Positions 38,699 to 52,399 of a DNA stretch of 64,000 bases are shown here, piece after piece (the stretch's first letter is position 1; every line of letters begins with the position of its first letter). A model generated the notes under the pieces. It did not search any database, was not told where the DNA came from, and saw only the letters and a program-made list of their open reading frames with translations. Both the position numbers and the translations under genes were made by a program. The DNA comes from Octopus bimaculoides (lineage: Eukaryota). Location: assembly GCF_001194135.2 (NCBI RefSeq), contig NC_068989.1:67321408-67385407 (forward strand), read 5' to 3'.

Positions 38699-39490
38699 AT
38701 GTGTGTGTGTGTGTTTATGGTGTTCATTTATTGTTCTTGAATGGAAGATCTTGTTGAAATAAAAAATAGCTGTAGATAGTAAATAATTTTCCCTGTGAAT
38801 TGATATACTTTAATAAAATTTATGCAGAATTGCTAGCAGTACTGTCGTCTTAGCCTGTAATATGTGAAAATTATTTATTGCATATTCAGATTTCCTTCTG
38901 TTCATGCAGAGGCAAATGTCATATTTGTACTGAAATAGCAGACAATGTGTACATGTAACACTCATATATTGAAATGGTAAAGTAAACAATATATTATGTA
39001 TTGAAATATTTTTCTCATTCATTTAATATACAAACAGTACTTCTATGATCAACATAATTCACATTATATTTGTTTACTTATACCAGCTGGGGCTAGTACT
39101 ATATGATAGCAATGCAAAGAGAGGAAGATGGATATAGCTGAGTATCATGGCAATATAGTATTTCGCCCTGATGTTGGAGATGCTGTTTACACCAGTATTT
39201 ATTTTTAAGTGAAAATTCTGTTACTATTCCATTAAATTGGAAATATTTAGAAGACCCTTTCATTATCCTCCTACTTATTTCTCTCTAAATATTTTACTCT
39301 GTTATCTCTTGGAAATGTGTGACATTCCTACAGAATATTTATGTTTGCTTTTTTAAGCATCATAAGCATAAATACACATACACAAATATGTATTATCATT
39401 GTCATCATCTTCATTTTAACATCCAAATGAAAACTGAAAGAAGCTCATTGTGTGTGTGTGTGTGAGTGTGTGTGAGTGAGAGAGAGAGAT

Positions 39491-39522
<32 letters not shown>

Positions 39523-39778
39523 CGTGTGTTAGTGTCTCCTTGTCTTGACATTATGTAATAATTGTAAATGAGTGTTACTGTTATACAATGTCCACCACTT
39601 CCAATCTTCTGTGAAAATATGTCTGGCTATAGGGTAATTTTACCTTCCTTGGAAGCAGATTATAGGATTGGCAACAGGAGTGACCTCCAGCTGTAGAAAA
39701 TCTGCCTTAACAAATGCTCTCTCATTTATGTAAGCATGAAAAAGTGGACATTGAGAATGATTTTATATTATATTATAT

Positions 39779-39836
<58 letters not shown>

Positions 39837-40383
39837 NNNNNNNNNNNNNNNNNNNNNNNNNNNNNNNNNNNNNNNNNNNNNNNNNNNNNNNNNNNNNNNN
39901 NNNNNNNNNNNNNNNNNNNNNNNNNNNNNNNNNNNNNNNNNNNNNNNNNNNNNNNNNNNNNNNNNNNNNNNNNNNNNNNNNNNNNNNNNNNNNNNNNNNN
40001 NNNNNNNNNNNNNNNNNNNNNNNNNNNNNNNNNNNNNNNNNNNNNNNNNNNNNNNNNNNNNNNNNNNNNNNNNNNNNNNNNNNNNNNNNNNNNNNNNNNN
40101 NNNNNNNNNNNNNNNNNNNNNNNNNNNNNNNNNNNNNNNNNNNNNNNNNNNNNNNNNNNNNNNNNNNNNNNNNNNNNNNNNNNNNTTTTTTCTTGACTCG
40201 TTTATTACTGTTATTCTATTATTTTAATGCCTGTCCGTTATCCAGAAGTGTTTCATCACACATCTGTGACCTCTTCAGCAACACTTCTGTTTCTCTCTGT
40301 GTTCTTGCTCCACTCACTCCATTCTGTTCTTCTAACAAAACAATGGAGTGAGTGGAGCAAGAACAATGTGTTTGTGTATGTAT

Positions 40384-40384
<1 letters not shown>

Positions 40385-40433
<49 letters not shown>
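40385..40433. repeat. (CA)n microsatellite
   Basis: Direct reading; similar arrays near 38676, 43830 and 45220. Confidence 0.95.
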
Positions 40434-40440
<7 letters not shown>

Positions 40441-40446
40441 ATGCAG

Positions 40447-40855
40447 GTATGGCTGTGTGGTAAGAAGTTTGCTTCCTAACCACATAGATTGAGTTTCAGT
40501 TCCACTGCATGGAACCTTAGGTTAGTGTCTTCTACTATAGCCCGCCAGACCTAAGGCTTGCGAGTGGATTTCATCTATAGAAACTGAAAATTGTTGTGTG
40601 TGTGTGTGTGTGTTACTGTTTGTTACTGTTTCCTTGCTTTGACATTGTGATAGTTGTAAGGGAGTGTTATCATCATGCAAGTGGTGTCCTTCATTTCCAA
40701 TCTTCTGAGAAATGTCTGGTCATGGGATAATATTAGCTTGCTTGGAAACGAGTAAGGGTTTGTGTCAGGAAGGGCATCTGACCATAGAAAATCTGCTTCA
40801 ACAAATTCTGATGACCCATGCGAGAATGGAAAAGTGTACATTAAAACAGTGATGT
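40447..40855 (+). mobile_element. SINE S1 head with ATG-tail body
   Basis: ggtatggctgtgtggtaagaagtttgcttcctaaccac...acccatgcgagaatggaaaagtgtacattaaaacagtgatg. Confidence 0.7.
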
Positions 40856-43829
40856 GTATGTGTGTGTGGCATCTTGTGCCAGTGTCTTCTGCAGTCACTT
40901 CAGGTTGACCAATGCCTTGTAATTGTTTATTGGAAAATGTGTAGAAGCCTGTTGTTTGTGTGTGTGTTAACATTTCATGATCTCTCTTGACATTACCTGA
41001 GCTAAATGGTGATGTGATGCTTACATTCCTTGCTGATATCATGACTGGATATATTTCATTTTTGATGTCAAGTGCAAAAAAAAAAAAAAAAGTTCTTTAG
41101 TTGCAAAACAAAGATAGCGTGATGCTTCCTGAAGTAATCTATGTTAAGGGCTGACAGTTTGGTGCATGGATATTACAGAGGAATTTTTAGGATTATTCAG
41201 TTTTTTTTTTGTTTTTTAACAACTTTTGTTTTCATTTCTGTTTTATTAAGTGTTGGAGATTATAATTCAAAACCTTCCTCTTGAAAAAAATGTTCTAAAG
41301 TTTTTATTGTTTAATTTTTTGTTATCCTTTGCCATTTTTATTTTCGAGTACAGAGCCTGCTGGAATATTTTTGTCATCTTTCTGTTTTTTGTTTAATTTT
41401 CTTTTTATTATTCATTTATGAATTTCATGTTTTAAACATGAGATGATGAATTTGAAAAAAAGAAAATTTTTGCACAAAATCAGTTTTTCTTTATAGGTGG
41501 ATGTGGGGGTTATTCTGGTACATCACCATTATATAGTGAACTATCTTAAATGTACTTTGTGCAGACTTTTAAGCTAACTCCTGTGGAGGGCTATTGGGCC
41601 TGTAGCTGAAAACTAAAGAGAGCTAAATAGCATGACTATAATATATCTGTAATGACTATATGCTCCGGTGGTGTTTGATCAGAGGTTAAGGATGGATGAA
41701 AATTCTATTGTTCCAGTCCCAAGTTGAATTCCAACTGTTGGCCAATTTGTCCCAAAGTTTTTATCTCAACATAAAATTAATGAAGCGAATGTCATTTATC
41801 TCCCCTTTGCTCTCAGATGTCGTTTGACAAATGCCAACCAAGATGGCATGAATCAATCAAGCTTTACCTGCTAGAAATAGCAGACCAAATGCTTTAAAAT
41901 CAGATACCAATGCTGGATGTTCTAGAATCAAATGAAAGGCAGATTTTCAATCCCAGAATCATCCTGATTCCAAAAAGGAATGTCTACTTAGAGCAAATGT
42001 AGACTAGATACAGGGGTCCCAGATGGACAGAGTCTCACTATTATTATTATTATAGTGTATAAAGGAATACTTAAAGAAAGGAACTTGAGATGGAAGGATC
42101 TGTTATGAAAACTGAAGCAAATATTTATAGAACTGGAAATAAATGTTATATTAATTAGACTTGAGCTGACTGAAAAATGTCAGTCGTAAGTCAAAGGTGT
42201 TAGGATGGTCCAGTTTGGAAAAGGAAAGTAAATGCAAACTGAATTGGGTTGCCTTAGACAAAATTATGCGTTTAAATGGATGAAATCAAATTGCTCAGTG
42301 AAATTGAGAAACACATATTTCAAAAAATATAATTATGATTTCACTATATCCACCTCCATCCCCATCTCTAACCATCTGTTACTTCCTTTTCACACTCTTG
42401 CAGATTTACCTACTCACCCACCCTTTCCAGTCTTCTATTTCTATTGTACTTTGAGAGAATACCCTTGTAACTTGAGAGTATATTCTCATCATTTTTCTCT
42501 CTTTCTAACCAGGGAAGCCATGTATCTCTTCAGTAAGACGTGTTCCCATCCTTCTACCATACTGTCAACACCTAGCATAAAGCCACCCTCCTCAATACTG
42601 CACTTCCACTTAGTTGAAGAGGGTCTTGTCTTATGAGTTACTTAGTGACCTCACTAGTGCCAGTGCCATGAAGAAAAGCACGCACTATACTCTGTAATGT
42701 ATTTGGTGTTAGGAAGGACATCAAGCCATAAAGAAAACTATGTCAGAGCAGACATTGGAGCTTAGTGCTGTTCTCTGGCTTGTCAGTTTCTGTTAAACTG
42801 TTCAGTCCTTGTTTGTATGGAAGGCTGGTGTTAAATGATGATGAATTTGATCTGGGGGAATAAATGTAACATTTGAGTGCTGATAATATCAAATGCTTTG
42901 TTCACATATCATTGGGGAAAAAAAAAAAAAAAAAAAGTTCATGGAAGTGAGGTCTATCAGTTATTACAATAAAATGTGAAAAATGTCTTTGTATATAGTG
43001 TTGATAAAAAAGTGTATGTTACTCACTAGGATGGTCACAAATGGAATGTCGTGATAGATTGGTGTTTCAGACACAACTTAATGAAAGGTTAATTTCATTA
43101 GCTTCATGACTGCTGTTGGACACTGGGCTTATGTAATGCATATAATAAGTAACTTAGCTGGTTTAATTATGATCTGGAGTTGTTACTTCCAGTCATTTGA
43201 AAAAATACTAGATCAGGTTAGCCATCATTGAGCAGAGACTTGATAAGACATTCTAGCTATGACCATCCTTTGAGGGACTATTTTGTGTGTGTGTGTGTGA
43301 GAGAGTGTGAGTGAGTAAGTGAATATTCACTTTGTTGCTGTCAACTCTGATTCAGCAGATCTATGATTGAAGGCATTTCAGCCATATCAATCCCATTGTT
43401 ATTTTGTCGTTTATCCTGATAGGTCAGCTCTTATTGAAAGTGACCTTTATAATCAAAGATACTGCAGCTTTGGTCATCACTCACTTTGTTTCCTTTCCTT
43501 CAGGCATAATGTATATAGGACTGCAGTAACCAGAGTGTCTTTATTGAAAGGTAGGATTCTAGAGAGATATGGCTGTGAGTTCTAGCATGTTAAGTGATTA
43601 TGCTAATTGGTATTCTTTAGGTTCGTTTGTCACTTAACAAACTCTACATTTTGATGTTAATGGCTTTGTCCTCTGTGTTTGTGTTTTGAGTGAATGGTAG
43701 CAGTGATTTGATTTTGTTGAAAAGATTGTGTTAAATAAATTACACTGTGACTACCTTCCTTTTTTCGTTCTGCACATGCATTGTTCGAAAGGAAAAACTT
43801 AGATGGAAAAACTTTTCTATTAATATAAG

Positions 43830-43865
<36 letters not shown>

Positions 43866-45218
43866 GTGTATGTGTATATATATATATATATATATATNNN
43901 NNNNNNNNNNNNNNNNNNNNNNNNNNNNTGTGTGTGTGTGTGTGTGTGTGTATGTGTGCCACATAAAAGGCACTTGTGCCAGTGCCATGTAAAAGTGCTC
44001 ATGCTGGTACCGTACCACGTTAAAAGCACCTAGCATACTGTAAAGTGGTTAGTGTTAGGAAGGGCATCCAACTGCAGAAACCAAGTCATATCAAACTGGA
44101 ACCTGGTGCAGCTCTCCTGCTTGCCAGCTCTGGTCAACTGTCCAATCCATGCCATCATGGAAAATGGATGTTAAANNNNNNNNNNNNNNNNNNNNNNTAT
44201 ATAGGTAAAAGTATAAGTTTTTGTGTCAAAAATTGGTGTTTTCCAAATGGATACCATATGAGCAAATGAACAAAGTTCCTTGGAGAAAGTATGGAAGTTT
44301 TCATGAGCAGTGATTCCAATCTCTAAATAGTACTAATAATTCTGTGATCAAGTATCAGTTAGATTAATTGAAACACATAAAAAAAATATGTAGATAGTTG
44401 TTAGTAGTCATTATCATCATCATCATCATCATCATCTTTTAATGTCAGTAGTCATCATTATCATTATCTTTTAATGTACATCTTTGCTGGCATGGGTCTG
44501 AGAACTGTATTGTGCTCCTGTGTCTGCTTTGGTATGGTTTCTATGACTGGATGCCTTTTCTAATGCCAACCACTTTACAGAGTGTACTGGGTTCCTTTTA
44601 TGTAGCACCAGCACTAATGAGGTCACCATGCAGCTCACAAGACTAAGATCCTCTTTGACTGTGTGGGGCATGGTAGTGGAAGGCAGCCTTATTATTAAAC
44701 AATGAGAGATAAAGTATGAAAGAAGGGGTTAGAACAGAACAGGTTTCTTGCTGGAGAGGAGCTAAATGGCTACTCACATTATAGAAGAGTGGGCGGAAGT
44801 TAAGTGGTGATGAATCCTGAGTGGACTCACAAGGTACAAGGTGAATAGAAGTTGGAACAGAAAAACAGAGAGGAAGGGTGGGTAGAGGTAGTAGTGGCAA
44901 ACAAAATACCTTAGGACATTTGATTGTGTTCTGAGTTTAATGTCCAATCCTTCCACTGGTCATTCTACTATTATGTACCAGTCGAATACTGGGCTTGATA
45001 TAATTTACTATACTCTGAAGTTGTGCCCCAGCATGACACCAGTCCAATGATTGAAACTAGTGAAATGGCAAGAAAGCTTAAACGTGCATTTTCTCAGTAT
45101 ACATTGCTACATTGCTAGGTCAGTATATTCAATAGCTGCTAGATGTTTGAATCCAGTAAGTGATTTCTTTAGAAAGTAACTAGTGAATTCGTATCTGTGT
45201 TGTTATTTGGTCAGTTAT

Positions 45219-45268
<50 letters not shown>

Positions 45269-45929
45269 ACATCTGTATTTGTTGTTGAAAAAAAAAAGAA
45301 AAAATTACAACTCTGCTTCAGAAGAAAGTACGGTATTTTATTTTCAGCAGCTGTTTTCTCTGCAATTAAGCTTTGTTGAAGTGCTAATGAAGGAATGTTT
45401 GTGAATAGCCAACTGTTACAATAATCCGTTGCTACTATAATACTTACATTTGGTATTTCTTCTTTTCTGTTAAGTAAATGACTAGCTTTGATAACTGGAA
45501 TTATCAATGTGATTTTGGTAAAAGTAGTATTTTAATTAGCTGTACTTTAAGTAGGGTTTTAGGCTTGATAGGGGAATAATATGAAGAGAGAGGAGTAATT
45601 GTCGTTTGAACAAACTTATTAAGTAGGTTGACATTATTTGACTTTCTTAGAAGCTTAGCATATTTTAACTACTTGTCTTGGATTTAAGTAATACTCTGGT
45701 TCTGAAAAGAGGAGGAAAACACACGAGCCATTTTTGTGAGGGTTACTTAAATTTAGATTTTTCCCTAAGTCAAATACTTAGGTTGATTTAATCAACCTAT
45801 ATTTGCCTCCTTTTTTGACAAATGTTACATATCTGTAGATCATTCTGATTTAAAAGAAATAATTCTGTTCTATATCTTGTCATTATCATCATCTTCATCA
45901 TCACCATGCCATGTTTATTATTATTATAA

Positions 45930-46900
45930 ACTATGTGATTCGCAATGTAAACTCTCAAACATATCCACATTACGGAGAAGGCTAATGTGCATATAGTGGT
46001 GCTGCTTGTGAGTCAATTTCCAGACATATTTTCTCAAAGAGGGCCCCAAGTGTGTCATTTGTATGATTAGTCCTGCTCTATGGACTGCCTGATGGATTGC
46101 GCTAGCGGGTCTATCAGTAAATTTAATTGTTTTCGGAAGCACGTTATCACTGAAGGTGTGACCCTTTGTTGGTGGTTTATTGACACACCATTGACTGGTA
46201 AAGGATATTTGATAACCATAATCCATCAGCACTCTTTGGAATGCTTGATGTTTGTGATTTTCTCCTCTTCCTTAATACATCTGTTGCTTATACTGGAGAT
46301 TTCATTCCATACAAAGTTGGCATTCACTCTGTTGGGTTGATCCATAGTGCACTGATAGACCCTTGCAGGCCAAGTTGGTATTGATGGATCCCTTTTCAGT
46401 GATTCTGAGTTGGAAATGAAGCAGAGAGAGAATTACCAAGGTGTTAGCTATTTCAAAGTTTTTGTAGTCAATATTATTGAACTTGCTGTAGAAATCTGCA
46501 TGAGGACATCATTTTGATACATGGAAAAGTAGGTTCAGGAACAGTAGATGTTAAATGGTCATGTTTGTAATGGCTAGTAGGCCCAATATACTTGACCTCA
46601 TTTGTAATCTTGATACCTGTTTATATATGCAGTCACTAAAGTGACTTTGATAAGTCCGGTGTTGGTGGATGTCTGAATATGTGAAGCCAAAGTTGTAAAG
46701 GTTGTTGAAGAGATGCAGTTAATCATTAGGTTGATGGCTAGGAGAGCAGGTACAGGTTTTCAGAGAAATGACATCTAAACAAAGGTGTCTCTATTATATA
46801 CATAAATGTGGTGGGGTTGAGATATATGTTTGTTATGTTATAGAAGCTGCTGATGTGTCCAGGAAAGGTGTGGTTTAAGAGTTTGAAGATATTGGACAGA
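45930..46900 (-). mobile_element. Decayed Penelope-like retroelement (RT and probable GIY-YIG remnants)
   Basis: Minus-strand translation across stops and frameshifts gives SLDVISL (cf. SxDVxSLFT), IYKQVSRLQMRSSILGLLA (cf. YxQxxGxxMGSxLxxxLA), LMDYGYQISF (cf. LxxNGYPxxFI) and YVWKLTHKQHHYMHISLLRN (cf. VYxxxCxxCxxxYIGxTxR). Confidence 0.55.
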
Positions 46901-47264
46901 AGCCAGGAAGTTCTATAAAATAATCTCGCCTTTTTATTCTTTTATGCTCTTAAGTTCAAGTTGACTGTGAAATTTTCAGCACTTATAATTTTTTTTTACA
47001 TCTTTCTTTCCTCTAAAAATTTATTATTAAAATATTATAAGTAGAAATGATCTAAATTGTGATGTAACAAAGATATTTTGTTATCCACATTTTTCAAATT
47101 CCAATAATTTATGCTATTTGGAAGTTTAATTTGAAGATAAATTGCAGAGAGAATTGTATTTTTCTAGCTGTGATATCTTTAATGCTTTAAAGAAAATGTT
47201 GAATTAGAGACAGGCTAGGCTTCTGGTTTTAAGATTTATTCTGTACAAATATAGACACAAGCAT

Positions 47265-47650
47265 AGCTGTGTGTTTAAAAAGTCTGCTTCTCTACCACAT
47301 TTTCCAGGTTCAGTCCCTCTTTTTGACACCTTAAGCAAGTATCTTCTACTATAGTTAAAGCTTTGTGAATGGATTTGGTAAATGGAAACTATAAGAAACT
47401 ATAAAGAAGCCCATCATTTGTATGTGTCCATGTCCTTGTCTCGACACCACAATAGTTATAAGTAAGCAGTACTGTCATACAAGTAGTGCCCCTTATTTCC
47501 AGTCTTCTATGAAAAATATGTTTGGTCATAGAGAAACATTACTTTGCTTGGCAACAAGTGAGGGTTGGCAACACAAAGGGCATCTGACCATAGAAAATTT
47601 ATCTCAATGAATTCTATCCAACCCATGCAGGCATGAAAAAGTAGATATTA
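47265..47650 (+). mobile_element. SINE S1 head with ATG-tail body
   Basis: catagctgtgtgtttaaaaagtctgcttc...acccatgcaggcatgaaaaagtagatatta. Confidence 0.65.
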
Positions 47651-48304
47651 GAAATGGTGCTGATTTAATTCTATCCTAATGTATAGGATGTCTACTTTTT
47701 GATATCATTTTTGGTAGATTACCTTTTAATTTTGTTATGGATAAATCTTAATTTTGAATTTAGTCTGTGGTTGTAAGGAGAGCATTCATTGCTGGAGGTT
47801 ATATTAAATTTACCTATTTTAAGAAATATTTCAAGTTAGATGTCAAGTCAGGTACAAATTTTAGTCAGTTAGTTATAGATTTCAAGTCAGTTATATTTGG
47901 CTTGGTAGTCAATATTATTGCAACCATTTCAGTATATTCCGATTACAAATTGTTTTTCTTGTCTATGAGTAAGACAAAAATTATATTTTGGTTTGTGAGG
48001 AATAAGTACAAAGATTTTCTAAGAAAGTTTTATGGTACATGTCATTCTATCCAGGAGATTTATCTCTCATCACTTCTTGCTACAAAACCAACAGTAACCT
48101 TTATTTTAATATTTCATGAAAGGAGCAATGATTGTAAAGTTCTAATTGTTTTCACTATGTTTTAAAATAATACTGTTTGTTATTCAAATTTGCTGATTGA
48201 TTTCATGTGGATATAAGTTGTGGGGTTGAGATTAGCAAATGTATCATTTGTCAAACTTTCTCATTGTTAATTTATATTTTTAAAATTTTTCAGTGAATCA
48301 GTGA

Positions 48305-48626
48305 ATGGTTGAAACTGGAGAAGTCCAAGATAACATGACCATTGTGATGCGTGGGAGTCCTGCAGGTGGGGACTCCCCCCAAGATAATACACAAGCCCCA
48401 CCGCAGCAACAGCAACAACAACAGAAGGTTACCCAGTCAACTAGTGATGAGATTGGCCAAGGGAATAGCCAGACTGAATTGCAGGATGACCAGGAACCGG
48501 ACTTTCCTCATGAAGCTCTGGCTAAATTGGATGAAATGATCAATCGACCAAGATGGGTTGTTCCTGTACTTCCCAAAGGAGAGTTGGAGTTGCTTCTTGA
48601 AGCATCCATTAAACTTAGTAAAGAAT
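48305..48626 (+). CDS. USP9X: USP9X coding exon 1 ([19 protein letters not shown]...[11 protein letters not shown], 107 codons + 1 nt)
   Basis: Acceptor ttttcag ends 48293; in-frame TGA at 48302-48304 directly precedes ATG 48305; alternative ATG at 48335 (MTIVMRGSP resembles vertebrate MTATTRGSP); donor gtaagt at 48627. Confidence 0.93.
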
Positions 48627-50479
48627 GTAAGTATCTTGGTATTTAAAAATAGAAACTGTTATTTTAGATGATTGCAGTTATTGATGTAATATCATTTCCT
48701 CTTTTACCCCAGATATATCTTGTTTCAGTCACAACCTATTGTGTTCTGGTAACAAAAGAAGTTAGGGTCTTAGTTTTACTTTAATAGCAATTAAAGACTC
48801 ATATTGGAGTCTGACTTCGTTGATGATTTTTGCCACAAATTGGCAAATTAAGAGAAATAGAAAGTAATTTTATTTAACTCTTAATGTCCTGTACAACAAG
48901 GAACCACAACTACTGTTGAGTCGTGAACCACATACAGCTGCAATTCAAATAAGTAAATACATTGCTAGACATTAGTTGAAGTTTTGTTATGCTGAGTAAA
49001 TATGTTGCATTTCATTAAAAGAAATTTAAAGACAAAAAGTTCCATCCTATCATTTAGAAATTTTTAGAATTCTTAAAAGGAGAACAATTAAGAAATGATA
49101 TAATAATTGGGGCAGTATATAACCACTGCAGAAATTCCACATCTCTAAAAATAATATTTTTTTATATTAATATTTAGCAGAAACAACAAAATGACTCAAG
49201 GCTGAGAGATTTGTGCATTTGTAGTTATCAAACTAGTTACAGTTTGAGGGGTTGTAAATTTATATGTCAATGATCATAGTATTTCCTTGGATAGTTCTGG
49301 AACATACTATAAAAACAATCACAATATCACATGGATAATTTATATCCATTTTTCAAATAGTTTGCTTGTTGTGCCATTCAATAAGTAATTGTATGAATAA
49401 ACAAAATTTATTCATAATTACACATAAATGAGAGTGCTAGTGAATATAAATACAAAAATATATAATATAGTGTAGCAAGAAGAATTGAACCAATCACTAA
49501 TGAATGGTATTAAAAGTATGAAAAACTGGATTATATCAGTGGCATTGGTTATAAATCATTTTAGAATGTTTCTTTATTCTTTTAATTGTAAATTGTGTAA
49601 GCATCTCTTTTTAGTTCATGTCATTCTATTTTTGAAAATTACTTTGGTATATTTTCCATGTATATATGAAGTAAATTTAATATTAATGAATATGAATTAT
49701 ATAACAGAAATGCCAGAAGCTGCAGTTTCCATCCAAGAAAAATCCCTTTAAAGATGTGTTAAAAATATATATAGATATACACTTCTAACTATGAAATATG
49801 TATTTGTTGCTCTTGCAGTTACTTTTGGGGCAATTTCATTTTGTCTAGCTCTGAAGTATATTGTGTCTTTGTAGCACCATATGTCTATAAAAGGATTTTT
49901 CCTGAACGAAAGTAACAGCTTCTGGTATTTCAACTTAAGTATGTTGTACTGATAGAATTTTTAATATTAGTAATTTTTTGTCTTTGAATTCTTTTTTTAA
50001 TTTCTAACAAAATGCAATGTATTTACCCTTTGAATAAAGGATAAATACATTGATGCTTAGTGATGTATTTATGGTGGATATAAAGAATGACAGTGAATTT
50101 GCAAAATGCTATATTTAACATGATGATAAATTTACCATTATGTTCCTAGCATAATGATGAATTTGCTGACAGTGTTTCAGTTTGCAATTTATTATGTTGC
50201 TTTGAAATAACCTGGTAATTAAATTACAGGTGATGTATTAACACAATGCGATTATCTGTGATGAATTTACTGGACAATCAGTATATTTTCTGGTTTATAG
50301 AATCAGTACACCATATTTCTTTGTGTTGTAAGAGGCAGCTGGAATACTTGGCATTAAGAAATGACATCTAGACACTAAAACTGCTTTAAATAGTTTTGAC
50401 CAATCCATGCCAGCATAGAAAAAGCAGATTGACATAAGAAATTTGAATTGTGTTTCAATGTTGAATAGGAGCTAAATGT

Positions 50480-50712
50480 TTAGCTCTTTTTGATACCAAC
50501 CTACCAGATACTGCTCTTGGTTCTATGATACTGGTTTCATGTTTTAAAGTTAGCTAAATTAATATTTTATCAAAATTTTAATGTAAATGTAACTTCCAAA
50601 CACCAGCTTAATGACAACAAAGTTATTATATTAAATTCTTCATTATTTTCAAAATTAATTGAAAAAAAAAAGGCAGTATATTCCAACAGAAACATAGTAA
50701 CAAAAGGGTTAA
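50480..50712 (-). mobile_element. MITE family A, opposite orientation
   Basis: Begins tagctctttttgatacc and ends gtaacaaaagggttaa; interior is the reverse complement of the 12120 copy. Confidence 0.65.
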
Positions 50713-50774
50713 AGTTAGTCAGGTGGAACAACCTTTTCTAACAAATAATTACGCTAATGATTTCTCTCTTATAG

Positions 50775-50887
50775 CACTGGATACAAGAAGTGAAGCTTGC
50801 CAGAGATTTTTCCGTGAAGGCTTGACCATATCCTTTACCAAAATACTTACTGATGAGGCTGTAAGTGGATGGAAGTATGAAATACAT
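50775..50887 (+). CDS. USP9X: USP9X coding exon 2 ((S)[37 protein letters not shown])
   Basis: Acceptor tttctctcttatag ends 50774; donor gtaagt at 50888; 113 nt, phase 1 to 0; strongly conserved peptide. Confidence 0.96.
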
Positions 50888-50963
50888 GTAAGTTGATGTA
50901 ACAAATTGAATATATTATTACATGAGCTTAACTTTGGTTACAATGTGCACATGCACACCCACA

Positions 50964-50965
<2 letters not shown>

Positions 50966-51017
<52 letters not shown>
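50966..51017. repeat. (CT)n microsatellite
   Basis: Direct reading. Confidence 0.95.
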
Positions 51018-51020
<3 letters not shown>

Positions 51021-52286
51021 GAAACTTTATAAACAAAATCCAGATTTTTAATTGTCCCATTTGATATTGCCTTTGGGTTTTCCACAATAGATTTTGTATT
51101 AAAGTGTTCCTATTTGAAATAAAACTTTTGTTCATGATATTACGTAAAGACCTTCCTGGTAAGATATGAAGATATGGTCTAAGTACCTGCATTCAGATCG
51201 GAAGNNNNNNNNNNNNNNNNNNNNNNNNNNNNNNNNNNNNNNNNNNNNNNNNNNNNNNNNNNNNNNNNNNNNNNNNNNNNNNNNNNNNNNNNNNNNNNNN
51301 NNNNNNNNNNNNNNNNNNNNNNNNNNNNNNNNNNNNNNNNNNNNNNNNNNNNNNNNNNNNNNNNNNNNNNNNNNNNNNNNNNNNNNNNNNNNNNNNNNNN
51401 NNNNNNNNNNNNNNNNNNNNNNNNNNNNNNNNNNNNNNNNNNNNNNNNNNNNNNNNNNNNNNNNNNNNNNNNNNNNNNNNNNNNNNNNNNNNNNNNNNNN
51501 NNNNNNNNNNNNNNNNNNNNNNNNNNNNNNNNNNNNNNNNNNNNNNNNNNNNNNNNNNNNNNNNNNNNNNNNNNNNNNNNNNNNNNNNNNNNNNNNNNNN
51601 NGCAAGGGCAGTGTAGCAAGTATAGAAAATACTTGCAATTTGCTAAGTTATGGTAGTACTTCAGCATGGCCACAACCCCTGGCTGAAATCACTAAAAAAT
51701 AAAAGACAATGAAATAACATTCTCTCTGTAAGGAGCTGATTTCAAACAACTTTAAGAAAATCACAGCAACAACCTCTCAACAAGCATCGCAGAAGATGAA
51801 GGATAATTTTCAAGGTGTTAATATATATAAAAAAAAAAGGTTCTTGCTATACCACAAAATTCAGTAACACCTGTGAAAATGTGTGGCCTCGAGCCTAGGT
51901 TATTGGCACCTTAATTGTGAGGTTATGGTTTTAATTTCCAGATAAGGCAGGATATTCTGTTCTTGAGCAAAACCTTTCATTCCATATTGCTTCAGTTAAG
52001 TAAGCTGAAAATGTGCATCAACAACAGCTGGTGAGTTAAACCTGCAATAGGTTGGCATCTTGTCCAGAGGAAGGGAGTAGTGTACTCTTGGTTTCTTATA
52101 TACCATGGAAACTAGGATAAATTTCAGCCTAATGAGCCTATAGGCTTGTCACAGACCTAAGACCTAGCAAGAACTGAAGTAGGATCTGTTTAAAGAAAAT
52201 CATGAAAGAATCTAAGATAATACTTTTAATTGTTAGTTCTTCAGGAAATGCTTTTTTTTGATGTTTTCTTTTCTCTTTGTTTTCAG

Positions 52287-52399
52287 AGATGCATATTCAA
52301 AAATGCAGAAAAACTGATTGAATTATGTGTTTGCAAACTTTCTCAAGATTGGTTTCCTTTGTTGGATCTCTTGGCAATGGTTCTGAATCCTCAGTGCAA
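52287..52399 (+). CDS. USP9X: USP9X coding exon 3 ([37 protein letters not shown](K))
   Basis: Acceptor tttgttttcag ends 52286; donor gtaagt at 52400; 113 nt, phase 0 to 2. Confidence 0.96.

Noticed and set aside
39714-40227. Long ORFs here and at 51132-51702, 52905-53487 and 43657-44036
   Set aside because: They are open only because they run through N-gaps and dinucleotide repeats.
47767-48165. 132-aa GTG-start ORF just upstream of the first coding exon
   Set aside because: No recognisable motif, low-complexity AT-rich codons with short internal repeats, and no splice link to the USP9X frame.
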